Part shown: in pieces, positions 50,540-62,464 of the stretch
Layout: every line of letters starts with the position of its first letter
How positions within the stretch are numbered: position 1 is the first letter of the stretch
NCBI RefSeq assembly: GCF_036321535.1
Contig: NC_087437.1
Coordinates: 63,490,001-63,554,000 of the forward strand
Origin: Camelus dromedarius
Lineage: Eukaryota
DNA length: 64,000 nt
Direction of reading: 5' to 3'
Made by a program: the position numbers and the translations under genes
Notes under the pieces: generated by a model
Told to the model about the DNA's origin: nothing
What the model saw: the letters and a program-made list of their open reading frames with translations, nothing else
The model's database searches: none

Positions 50540-52311
50540 GTATCAAGTGGAGGGAGGGCTAGTGCAGGGCAGTCCATTCCCGGCGACCCCCTCCCTGGAG
50601 GAGCTTCTTGTTCATTATGCATCTGTGTGTTCCACGTGTCGTGCTTACATACCCATGTGTCCTCAGGGGCAGGGTCTTGAATCAGAAGGGAAGTGGGCGA
50701 GCAGCACAGACACGGCCACGGAGAAAGGTGCTTCTCCTGTGTCCTTACACCTGTCTTCAGCCTTTCCTTCTTGCTCAGACCCCTTTTTATTTATATCTCT
50801 AATTGACTTTCGGAAGAGTGGACATTGCTACTATCTTACCATCACCCCAAATTTAACCTGCCTAAATTTGTCATCCACCTTGGCCTTCAAATCAGGTGCT
50901 CCCTCAGCTTAGGTCTTCATCTCCCCTGGACTGGACATTTCAGCATCGCTTTTGACCCCTGTCTTCTCCTTGCTGTAGTCATCAGTCCCAGACAACTCCT
51001 TTCTTGAAATCTCTCTGAATATGTGTCCTCCTTACATTCTCCTTGGTTCTGCCATGTCCAGCCTGGAAATACCGAGGTGTGGATGGAGAAGGAGATTGAT
51101 GCCACTTCATTGGAGCGGGAACCTTGAGCAGGGTGGGACGTGGGGATCAGGGAGGGAAGCCACCCTCACTGTCTCCCCCTCCTTCCTTACCCTCGTTTCT
51201 TCTATGATTTTTCTCTTCCCTGTCTCCTTCCTTTCTCAGAAAATATCCCTCCTTGTTCTCTTTACCACTTTCAGCCCACGTGTTTTCACAACCCACAGAA
51301 ACAAATTTATTCTACATTGCAACATACATATGTATAAAGACATATTTAACTGAAATAAGTCTCATGAAACAATCCTGAGTAGTATTATGGGCAGCACATG
51401 CTGGTGTTTTCCCTTTTATTGTACACCATTAAGGGGAAAACCCTGGGCCTGACCAAAGAGTTTGACTTCACAACTCACTGCAGGCTCAGGACCTGCTGTC
51501 ATCAGTCATCGAGAGAAGTGTCTTAGTCACTCTCCCTTTACTTGCCCCAGCACTGAATTAAAGAACTGTTCCCTTCTGAGGCACTTAATGACAAAATGGT
51601 GTGTTGCCTGGGATTCGTTTAAAAATACTCCCAGAAAAACCCCTCAAAAAACCAAAACAAAAAGGGATAGATAAGATTGGCAAAATGCTGGTATTTTCCT
51701 AATCTGGGTGTTGGCTTTCAGTGTCTGTTATATCGTTCTCTGTACTACTGTGTATTTTGAAATTTTCCATGATAAAATTAAAAAAAAATAATGTAGCAGG
51801 GAAAAAATACATGGGATATTGTATGTTTTTTCTTTAAAGAACTAAATAAAATTATACTTATCCTGTACATTTTTAAAGCAGGTATTTGTCAAAAATGATA
51901 GCTATGAGGGGTTCTTTTGAGGGCCACATGCAAGGTACACTGTTTGGGTTTGAAGTTTTCAGTCGATATTTATTTTTGTTTGCCCCTTGAGTGGTTTTTT
52001 TTCCTCCTATGGACTAGAGACAGGGAGGTCCCATGCTCAGGGTAGGGCAGCAGAGGACACCATAAGGGTGCAGGGCAGCGCTGGGAGCTTGGCCGTGTCT
52101 CCAGGGTTCAGAGGAGTTTATCAGTTAACCCAAGAAGTTCAGGAGCGGGAAGCTGAAAGGAGAGAAGGGGGGAGACCATCAGTGATGGGGAAAGTGAGAG
52201 CTTGTGAGGCCAGAACTCCGTCAGAAGTGAGAGGCTGTTATCTTGCCCCTCTCTGCTCATGGTGTATAAAGCATCCCACTAATGGTCATTCTGCCTTCTC
52301 CCCTTTTCCAG

Positions 52312-52330
52312 GTTTGGACAGTACCAACAG
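52312..52330 (+). CDS. MYLK: MYLK 19-nt microexon (exon 9 equivalent), phase 1 to 2
   Basis: GLDSTNR vs recalled human GLDSANR; branch-point-like cactaat 52277-52283, tract ctgccttctccccttttccag, donor AG/gtatgt; needed to keep frame between flanking exons. Confidence 0.93.
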
Positions 52331-53514
52331 GTATGTGTCAGCTTTGTGATGATCATGTTTCCAAATCAAAATGCTCTGCAAGGGAAGAGGGATTATAACT
52401 GAGAAATGCCCTGAATTTCTGAGCTGTCCTATAGGGAGGGGAAACTGACTGTTGGTGGGGAATTGCTCTATTTGGGGTGTTTTGTTTTGTTTTCCTGTCG
52501 TAACACGCCATCCAGTTTCTGTGTCAGACTTGCCATCGGTATTGAGACTCTAGCAGACTCAGTGCTGTCATCTTTCTCAGCTTCTGCTCAGTATCTGTGC
52601 TAGTTAGCCGTCATCAGGAAGAGCACTCTGCTCGGCAAAGGATGCCCTCCACGTTCAAGGCCAGAATCCCCCTGCTCACCCAGCACATCTTCATCAGAAG
52701 CTTCCTTTCCTGAATGTGAGGTTCCATGTAAGATGCTGGGTGTGTGTGGTGAGCTGATGTCTGGTGTGGAGAAGGGCCTTAAACGGAGCCTCACAAAACA
52801 TAACTACAAACTCTGATGCCTCTATGAGAAGTGCTAATTTAGAACAGAGGGACAGAGAGCCCCTTTCTGCAAGCTTGGTGTTTGAGCTCAGGCCTATGAG
52901 GAGTAGTATGAACTCGGTGAAGAAGGGAGAAAGGGTTCCAAACAGAGGGGTTGCATGTGTGCAAGTGGTGAGGTGAGAGGTGGCTGTGGAGCCCGGAGAA
53001 CCCCGTGTGGCCGCAGCCTGGCAGGCAACGGAGATGGGGTCTTACAACATCCATGCAGCAGAAGAGCCAGCTCCCACAGGGCGACCCTGTGGGCCATCTT
53101 GAGCAGCTCAGTTTTATTCTTAATAGAGTGGAGAAGCTGTTGGAAATCCTTAAGCTTGAAATGGCATGACTCAATTTATGTTTTTAAAAGATGGGCTGTG
53201 CTTGCTGTGTGGAACATGGGTGAGAGAGGGCCAGCGTGGATGGGAAAACCGGTCGCGTGTCTTAATCAGCGTGGCCCTTGTGGAGAGGAGGGCAGATGTA
53301 ATCAGTGTAAGTGGAACACTGGATTGAGGATGAGGGACTGGGAAGAACGAGGATGGCTGCTTGTTTTCCGGCTGGAAACTGAGCAAAATGAAAGAAAGAA
53401 AGACTTTCGCTCTTACTCTCTTTGATTTGTGGGCTTTTGTGATCCCTGGAGTCTGTGCTTGTGATGAGTAACCAGGTGATCGTTCTGTTCCTCCTTCTTC
53501 CCACTGTCCCTTCT

Positions 53515-53532
53515 CCACCACCACCACCACCA
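53515..53532 (+). repeat. (CCA)6 trinucleotide repeat just upstream of the 518-nt exon acceptor
   Basis: ccaccaccaccaccacca followed by aacag/G. Confidence 0.95.
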
Positions 53533-53537
53533 AACAG

Positions 53538-54055
53538 GTCGCTGGTGAGAGGAACAAAGGTGGCCAATTCCGACATCAGTAAGGAAGTGACCAACGGAAT
53601 CACTCAGGGGCCGAAACCGGACGGCCCGGAGGCTGCAGGTGGAAGTAAGAACTACTCCAGCACCCCTGTCTGGGCCACAAGTAGCCGGCCTCCACCCCTG
53701 CAGGAATCCAAGCTGGAGCCATCTGGGGACTCACCCAGAAAGGCCCCAAGGCCCCCCGTCCTGCAGACTTCCAGCACCATCACCCTGCAGGCCGCCAAAG
53801 TCCAGCTGGAACCGAGAGCACCAGTCTCAGGCACACTTTCTCCATCCAGAGAAGAGAGGGAGAGGCCCGCAGCTCCCCCGCCAGCCGCCCTCACCACCAG
53901 GCAGTCTGGCCTGGGAAGCCAAGATGTCGTGAGCAAGGCTGCCCCCAGGAGGATCTCCACAGAGAGCCAGAGGGACACAACAGCCCCCAGATTTGGGAGC
54001 AAGCCCCAAAGCCAGGAAGTCAGTGAAGATCAAACAGTCAAGTTCAAGTGTGAAG
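53538..54055 (+). CDS. MYLK: MYLK coding exon (exon 10 equivalent), Pro/Ser-rich linker and start of third Ig domain; 518 nt, phase 2 to 1
   Basis: SLVRGTKVANSDISKEVTN...PRFGSKPQSQEVSEDQTVKFKCE matches recalled human SFVRETKATNSDVRKEVTN...PKFESKPQSQEVKENQTVKFRCE; acceptor aaacag, donor G/gtgagg. Confidence 0.95.
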
Positions 54056-54598
54056 GTGAGGAGAGCTACCTGAGGTCACTGGCACCCACATGGTAGCCCC
54101 GGGTGGTCACTCCCTTCCTTCAGCACAGTGATCTGAGCCTCCCATATCCACCATCCCCTCGGACTAGGGCCCCCACCCTGGGAAGGGGTCTCCCATCAGG
54201 AAGGACTCAGTCTAATAATGCCCCTTGTTCTGGAGAAGCACCCAGCAGTGGTCCACTTTTCAGGGTTGGAGACTCATCGACCCTGAGCCCTAATTCTGAC
54301 TACCCTACAGGGGAAACCCATCATCACCACCTCCACCAAAACAAGCCGCAGGGTCTCCTTCTGTTTCCTCCCTTCTGCTGCCGATCTGGAGAACTGGCTT
54401 GTCACCCCTGTAACCTTCCTCCCCAAGGACCCTGCCTGTGTCTTAGGGATGTGGACCAGAGGGTAGAGGGGAAGAAAGAGGTTCACGTGGGAGGGCAGCT
54501 GTGCACCAGACTGAGCTCTTCCCTCGGGCTCAGTCCCTCCCTGCCGTCTGCCCTACAAGCACTCTCAGGGGCCTCATGTCCTTCATCTGGCCTTGTAG

Positions 54599-54805
54599 TT
54601 TCAGGGATCCCCAAGCCCGAAGTGACCTGGTTCCTGGACGGTGCCCCCGTGAAGAGACGAGAAGGCACCATTGAGATTTATGAAGACGGGGGTTCCCAAT
54701 ACCTCTGCCTGCGGAGAGCCCGGGCAAGGGACAGCGGGAACTACACCTGCACAGCCGCCAACGTCCGAGGCCAGGTGTCCTGCAGCTGGACCCTCCTGGT
54801 GAGAA
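54599..54805 (+). CDS. MYLK: MYLK coding exon (exon 11 equivalent), rest of third Ig domain; 207 nt, symmetric phase 1 to 1 cassette
   Basis: VSGIPKPEVTWFLDGAPVKRREGTIEIYEDGGSQYLCLRRARARDSGNYTCTAANVRGQVSCSWTLLVR; acceptor ccttgtag, donor A/gtgagt. Confidence 0.96.
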
Positions 54806-57057
54806 GTGAGTACCTTCCTTACCCTGGCTCTCTGTGGGAAGACTTTCTTTTTTGTTTTGTTTTGGTTTTTTGTTTTCTTCTTCTTTTTTAATTTAAAAAA
54901 ATTTTTATTCTTTTTTTTTCTTGTTTATTTGCTTTTGTGTGGGAGGACTTTCGGGGGTGCGTCATGCACCACACAAGTGTCCTCTCTTGCAATCCCCCAC
55001 CCACGGTGTGCCACCTGGCAGAAACATCGTCCCCACCTGCCTGCCAAGGCCAAAGTCATTGCTCCAGGACAGTGGTTCCCAGTGAGGAGTTCACATCAGA
55101 ATCACCTCAAAATAAACCTGCCCAGGCCCCACACCCCGCCCGGTGCCCACTCCCTGTTCTAGGTTCTTCAGCTGTCCGAGGGTGCCATGACTCACTTTGG
55201 TGACTGCAGAGAACCAAATGGACGCACTTAGAGTATGAGAGATGATGTGGGCTCCTGCATCTTTTGGGTTTATTGTAGTATCTGTTTATAAAAGTAATGC
55301 ATTATCGCTCGTGGTGAGGAATTTAAACAATATATAATCTTATGACTCAGAAATGAATGATGTTTTCGGGTTTTAAACCAAAATCGGCATCGTGCTATTT
55401 GTACCCTGCTTACCATTCTAATCTGCTTGTGTTACTTAGGCATCTTTCTATACTATTTCTTTCTGTATTTTTAATGTTATTTGAGAACATGATTTTTAAT
55501 GGCCATAAAATAGTTCATAGAATGATGTTTAGACATGGCCTTGTTGTTTCCATTTAGATTGTTTAGACCGTTTCCATTTTTTCACTACTGTAATGCTGTG
55601 TTAAATAGCCTTGCACCTATCTGCCTCTCTATAAAATTTCCCCCTCACTTTTGATGCTATATAGGGGCCTTAGACCCGTGTCATACTACTGAGGATCTTA
55701 TGAAACCACAGGGGTGGAGTCAGCAAATTGCAGGCTTTTGGAAACTCTATGGAACAAATAACCACCTACTTTTTGAACAAGTAAATTGTAAGCAAAAAGG
55801 AAAGGAGGGGACAACCTGTAGGAAACTTCAGTGAAAAGGCATGTAAGAGACACTAACAACAGCAATACATGGATTGTGCATGGATACTGACTGAGACACC
55901 TTTTTAAAAATTTTTTTATAAGAACATCAGGAAAATTTGAGCATTGACAAGATATTCAATACAAAGGAATTAGTGCTATTTTTAAGATGTGATGCTAAAT
56001 CTTGTGGGTTTTTTTTTCAAAGTCCACATATTTTAGAGATATAAGTTATTTACTGGCAAAATGATATGGTTTTTGATATTTGTTTCAGAAATAATCTGTG
56101 TTTGGTGGGACTCAGTGGGGTAAAAATGAAATGAGATAGGCTATTAGTAAAGTTGAGAAACAGGTCTTTGACAATTCACTGTACTGCTTTCTCTACTTTT
56201 GTGTGTGTTTGAAATTTGCCAAAATAAATATTTCAAAGAAAGAAAAAAAGAAAAGAATTCACTGGTTCATCCACACAGTAGAACATCATGCAGCCAGTGG
56301 AACAAATGTGCCTGACCTGGGGACTCTGCTGGTGAAACCTGTCCAAGATATGTTAGTACAAGGGATGAGCCAAGAGCAGAGAGGGCCATGTCTATCATAG
56401 ACTGTTTGCATTGAAGGAAAAAAAAAATCTATGTACATAATGCAAACTGATGCTTGTGTTTTCATAGACATTTCTGGAAGGGTCCATAGGTTACTTCTAG
56501 GAGGAGAAACTGGAGATCCACAGGGAAGGGTGAGAAGTAGTCTTGCTTTTGATTGCATAGTGCTGACTCACTTCTTAATTGGGAATTTTACTACATTTGT
56601 TAGTTTCTTTGCCAGAAATATTATCCATGCCTTTGGAGGTAGGAGTGCCTTTAGGCAGAGGTCCCAGGTCCAGGAAATCAAGCCTCAGCATCCAGGGCTC
56701 TGTGTTAAGACAGAGGACTCACATGGCATCGTGTCCACCAAAGGGTAAAAACCAGCAGGCTTTGGTTGGAGTGTTAGCTATTGTTATTAAAGGGAAGCTG
56801 GGTGTATACGCTGTACCTGCAGCGAGTTGGGGGTGAAAGGCAATGTTGGCTTTTAAAGCTCCCACAGAGCTGGGACACAGGAGCAGGAATTGGGCATGCC
56901 ACGAAGCTCACTGTTCTTACCAAGATTCAGCCGTTTGTTTGTTTTTGCATGAAGGCTCCTCAGAGTGCTGCAAGCCTTTGGTGAATCTGCAGAGTTTTGA
57001 GAAAGCTGACATCGAGTATTTTTGCTAGTGTTCCTGTTGCTCGTCTGGAGGAGCGGA

Positions 57058-57104
57058 CTTAGTCCTTAGTCTGCCTTAGTCTTAATCCTTACTCCTTAGT
57101 CTGC
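57058..57104. repeat. Degenerate 7-bp tandem repeat (cttagtc)
   Basis: cttagtc cttagtc tgc cttagtc ttaatc cttactc cttagtc. Confidence 0.75.
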
Positions 57105-58060
57105 GGTTCCAGAAGTCCTCCTCCTGGACTTCCTTTCTCCTTAGCTGTGCTGAAACGCCTGCAGAAGCCTTCACAAGACACAGGTCCTCTGACGCCTCTT
57201 GCTTCCTTTTCCCTAGCACTGCAGGAGAGTTGCCTGGTTCCCTTACCAAGACTTCTCTTTCCATCACCACAAAGACCGGGTCTGATAATGATTTCCTCTC
57301 TCACCATTTCTTCAATCTTCCCCACACCCCTTATCTCAAGGCCTCTTTCTCCTCCCTACAAGCATGCTCTGGTCTTCCCTTGGCTGAAAATAAAGGGGAA
57401 AAAAAATCTTTCTTCTGCTTCACTGCCCCCTTAAATTCTCTTGTTATCTCTCCACTGTATTTCACCCCAAAACTAGCTGCTAGCCCAGTCTCCATGCACA
57501 ACTTCCGCCTGATAATAACAGCTAACACCCCACCGAAAGCCTGTTCAATGTGCCAGGCTTTGTGCTAAATGCTTTACTTGCAGGGTTCCATTTAGTTATC
57601 CCAACAGTCTTAGGTGATTGTTAGGGTTACACCCTTTTCCAAAGAAGAATACTGAGCTGTAGTGTCACTTCACTACACTACATGTGACTTGTTCAAGGTC
57701 TCATGCCTTGTAAAAAATAGCATATTCCTAATCCATGTTGGTCTGACACAAAAGCCCATATTGTTTTCGGTGACTCCCAAAGGCATTTCCCTGATGAGGG
57801 AATTTGATGCCAGCCAGGGGAAAGGGGTGGAGGTGGTGCCTCCCCACACATGTCCAGATAGGCTGTCCATCCCTTCCCTCAGTACCAGCTCCGTTCAGAT
57901 ACATCATCATTCTGACTTGCATCTGCCCTCCCACTTCCCACTCTCCCCTTAGGGGAGCTCTGGTCTGGAGGAGGAAGTACGGATGTAGAGTCAGAGAGTT
58001 GGGTGTGAAGCCTCGCTTCACCATTGCACTGACTAGGGGAAATTATTAACTTCATCTGTA

Positions 58061-58217
58061 GTGAGGAGGGTATAGCCCAGTGGTAGAGTGTGTATTTAGC
58101 ATACATGAGGTCATGGGTTCAATCCCCACAATACTTCCATTTAAAAAAAAAAGCTAACTACTAATAAAGAAATGGATCCAATTACCTCTCAAAACAAACA
58201 AAAAATCTTAAAAAAAA
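58061..58217 (+). mobile_element. tRNA-derived SINE (Vic-1-like); its tail is interrupted by the young L1
   Basis: gagggtatagcccagtggtagag...gggttcaatcccc, attacctc and A-rich tail; degenerate TSD ttaacttcatctgta (58046-58060) and ttaacttcagcagta (60200-60214). Confidence 0.85.
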
Positions 58218-58224
58218 TTTTTTT

Positions 58225-60194
58225 TTGGTATAATTTTGTTTTTTTTTAACATTTTTTATTGATTTATAATCATTTTACAATGTTGTGTCAAATTCCACTG
58301 TTCAGCACAATTTTTCAGTCATACATGGACTTATACACACTCATTGTCACATTTTTTTCTCTGTGAGCTACCATAACGTTTTGTGTATATTTCCCTGTGC
58401 TATACAGTGTAATCTTGTTTATCTATTCTACAATTTTGAAATCCCAGTCTATCCCTTCCCACCCTGTGCCCCCCTGGCAACCACAAGTCTGTATTCTCTG
58501 TCTATGAGTCTATTTCTGTCCTGTATTTACGCTTTGTTTTTGTTTGTTTGTTTGTTTGTTTTTTAGATTCCACATATGAGCGATCTCATATGGTATTTTT
58601 CTTTCTCTTTCTGGCTTACTTCACTTAGAATGACATTCTCCAGGAGCATCCATGTTGCTGCAAATGGCATTATGTTGTCGGTTTTTATGGCTGAGTAGTA
58701 TTCCATTGTATAAATATACCACTTCTTCTTTATCCAGTCACCTGTTGATGGACATTTAGGCTTTTTCCATGTTTTGGCTATTGTAAATAGTGCTGCTATG
58801 AACATTGGGGTGCAGGTGTCATCCTGAAGTAGGGTTCCTTCTGGATACAAGCCCAGGAGTGGGATTCCTGGGTCATATGGTAAGTCTATTCCTAGTCTTT
58901 TGAGGAATCTCCACACTGTTTTCCATAGTGGCTGCACCAAACTGCATTCCCACCAGCAGTGAAGGAGGGTTCCCCTTTCTCCACAGCCTCTCCAGCGTTT
59001 GTCATTTGTGGATTTTTGAATGATGGCCATTCTGACTGGTGTGAGGTGATACCTCATTGTAGTTTTGATTTGCATTTCTCTGATAATTAGTGATATTGAG
59101 CATTTTTTCATGTGCCTTTTGATCATTTGTATGTCTTCTTGGAGAACTGCTTGTTTAGGTCTTCTGCCCATTTTTGGATTGGGTTGTTTATTTTTTTATT
59201 GAGTCGTATGAGCTGCTCATATATTCTGGAGATCAAGCCTTTGTTGGTTTCATTTGCAAAAATTTTCTCCCATTCCATAGGTTGTCTTCTTGTTTTACTT
59301 ATGGTTTCCTTTGCTGTGCAGAAGCTTGTAAGTTTCATTAGGTCCCATTTGTTTATTCTTGCTTTTATTTCTACAAGGAGAAAATTTTTGAGATGTATGT
59401 CAGATAATGTTTTGCCTATGTTTTCCTCTAGGAGGTTTATTGTATCTTGTCTTATGTTTAAGTCTTTGATCCATTTTGAGTTGATTTTTGTATATGGTGT
59501 AAGGGAGTGTTCTAGCTTCATTGCTTTACATGCTGCTGTCCAGTTTTCCCAACACCATTTGCTGAAGAGACTGTCTTTATTCCATTGTATATTGTTGCCT
59601 CCTTTGTCGAAGATTAGTTGACCAAAAGTTTGTGGGTTCATTTCTGGGCTCTCTATTCTGTTCCATTGGTCTATATGTCTGTTTTTGTACCAATACCATG
59701 CTGTCTTGATGACTGTAGCTCTATAGTATTGTCTGAAATCTGGGAGAGTTATTCCTCCAGCCTCTTTCTTTCTCTTCAGTAATGCTTTGGCAATTCTAGG
59801 TCTTTGATGGTTCCATGTAAATTTTATTATGATTTTTTCTAGTTCTGTGAAATATGTCCTGGGTAATTTGATAGGGATTGCATTAAATCTGTAGATTGCC
59901 TTGGGCAGTGTGACCATTTTAACAATATTGATTCTTCCAATCCAAGAGCATGGGATATCTTTCCATTTTTTAAAGTCTTCTTTAATTTCCTTCATCAATG
60001 GTTTATAGTTTTCTGTGTATAATTCTTTCACCTCCTTGTTTAGATTTATTCCCAGATATTTTATTACTTTGGGTGCTATTTTAAAGGGGATTGTTTCTTT
60101 ACTTTCTTTTTCTGTTGATTCATCGTTAGTGTAGAGAAATGCAACTGATTGAAGAATTCAGCAAGGTTACAGTTTACAAAATTAACGTTCAAAA
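58225..60194 (-). mobile_element. Young 5'-truncated LINE-1 with short 5' inversion (60151-60194)
   Basis: ORFs 59123-60031 and 58563-59171 are L1 ORF2 ([18 protein letters not shown]...) split by one frameshift; AATAAA and polyA on - strand near 58239-58261; nearly identical to the copy at 32641-34211. Confidence 0.96.
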
Positions 60195-61158
60195 CTTTTT
60201 TAACTTCAGCAGTAAAAGGAGCCAAAGGTAGCAATCTCATGGTATTGTCACAGTCACACCTGGAAAAGTACCCAGGAAGCCTTCCAGTATTTTTTTTTTG
60301 CCCTTAAACCTTTGCAGTTTAATGTAGTTTCCCCCTCATCACTGTATTGAATAATTTCTCTTGAAAAGCACCAGTGAGATGTCTTCTAATCACCAAATAT
60401 AGTTGCCTTTTCTCAACTGTCAGCCACCTTGACTTTTCTGCACCATGTAGAAGAGATTATCCATCTGTTAATTATGGTCCCCAGTACAAGATGCTCCCTG
60501 ACTCACTGATGTAGAAGGCTTGGGAAAAGTCCAGCCTGGTGATTCTCAGCTAGAATGTTCATCAGGATCCCGGGGGGACTTAGTAACGCATCGTCCCAGG
60601 CCCCCGGTGGCTCTGAGCCACTGGCCTAGGTTGGAAGACTAGAACCTATATGAGTCTTTGTCAGGAGTTGGAAAAAAGTTCTAATTATTTAAAGTTGAAA
60701 ATTCCTCACCAGTGGACATGTGGTCTCTACAAGTAAGAAGATATTCATAAGCATGTGCAGGGTTGGATGGGATAGGTTAAAGACAATCAAAGACACCAGA
60801 AAATAGAATAGGACTAAGAAAGGGGGAAGAAGGTGCTCTGGGGATGCTCCAGGGTAGTGAAAGTCAAGACAAGATGAAGGGCACCCGTGTCTCAGAGGAG
60901 AGGAGGCTGGCCCAGGTCTTGAGCACCCCCAGACCTGGGGTGTTTGGTGACGGTAGAAAGGGCCCTGCCAGTCCCTCTGCCTCAGGCTTCAGGTCCTTAC
61001 AGCAGGGGTGCTGCCTGCTTCCTTGTGTGATGATGGGTAAGGCAAAGCCAGGCCTCCGAGGAAGCCCTGGGCACCCAGGGCAGTGAGGTGTCTGCAGTCA
61101 GTCACCAGAACCGGCCAGCTGTGACCTGAGACAGCCTGTCTGTTCTTTGCGCTCACAG

Positions 61159-61293
61159 GGCTAACGATGAAGGAAGTGGCCCCCTCGTTCTCCAGTGTCC
61201 TGAAGGACTGTGCCGTCGTTGAGGGCCAGGACTTCGTGCTGCAGTGCTCGGTGCAGGGGATCCCAGTGCCCCGAATCACTTGGCTGCTCAATG
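61159..61293 (+). CDS. MYLK: MYLK coding exon (exon 12 equivalent), start of fourth Ig domain; 135 nt, phase 1 to 1
   Basis: RLTMKEVAPSFSSVLKDCAVVEGQDFVLQCSVQGIPVPRITWLLN; acceptor ttctttgcgctcacag, donor G/gtgagt. Confidence 0.96.
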
Positions 61294-62464
61294 GTGAGTT
61301 CCTGCAGCTGCAGCCCCCCAGGCCCTTTGGCCCTGCCTGCACTCTCACTTGACTTCCCCACTTATCACTCTAAACCATTTATGCATAAGAAGGAAGCACA
61401 GGTCCAAAGAGAGCATGGGACCTGGGAGTCTGCTATCCCCTGGCCACGGACACTTGACAAGTTTTACTCCCGTCTGAGCCTTCCACTCCTCTTCTGCACA
61501 ACATGCCTTCCAGATGGCAGTTGTGAAAATTAAATTAGATCCTTTATATAAGACAGTTAATGAGATGCCTGGCACATAGGTGCACAAGCAATTTAGTTCC
61601 TTTTTATATGACAGGCTTATAGTAGGCCCTCAACAAATATTTTTGAGTGAATAAATGAAAAAATAAACCAATAAATTAATGAACCACAGTAGCAGTTGCT
61701 TATGGGATCTTGCCTTTGATTTAGTGGCAGGTGATTTGGGGGGTTCATAGAGCAGTAATTCTTTTTAATGTTAAAATCCTATAGAGACATGCCAACTCTT
61801 TTTTGCCAAGTCCTTTAAAAAATAATTATTATATATTATAACCCTTCTCTTTTTAAAAGAAGTCTTTCCATTCCAAAAGTATGGGAGAACTCTATTATTA
61901 GAACTGAGAACAGTCCATACAGTTGATGTAATGGAGCGGGGTCTGTTTGGGGATCCTCACAGAGGATGCAGGAAAATCTGCCAGGAGTAGGAGACAAGGA
62001 TATTTGGCTGGTTGGGTGGTTGGATGACCTTGGACACCCCACTTTACCTCTCTGGGTGTCGGCTTCTTTATTGGTGAGGAAATGGGCTGGAATAGAAGGT
62101 TTGGGTCTTGGCCAGCTCTCACAGCTGATGGAATAGGCTCCTTAAGGGAGCAGCGACCTGTTACCTGTGCACCAAATAGCCCTCAGTCATTTCTGTGCCA
62201 TTGACCTCATCCATATAGTTTGCTTAGACTTTGCTAGAAATATGACCTTCAGTCAGTGAGAGAAGGTGTCTTGGAGTCTTCCTCAGTGTGGTCTTCTTGG
62301 GCAGAGAGGTGAGAATTGGGGTCTCCCTCTGCTCCCCCCTCACTATGGACAGAGCTCCTGTCGGATCCCATGATTGAGGGGATGCTGGAACAAAGCATGG
62401 ATGTTAAGGCTAGTCATGGATCTGAGTAAGAGCGTTTCCCTTCTGTCTGGCTCAGTGTTCAGAC

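Noticed and set aside
53455..54891. 213-aa and 262-aa ORFs as standalone genes
   Set aside because: Each is a MYLK exon plus open intronic flank; a stop at 54094-54096 prevents in-frame intron retention
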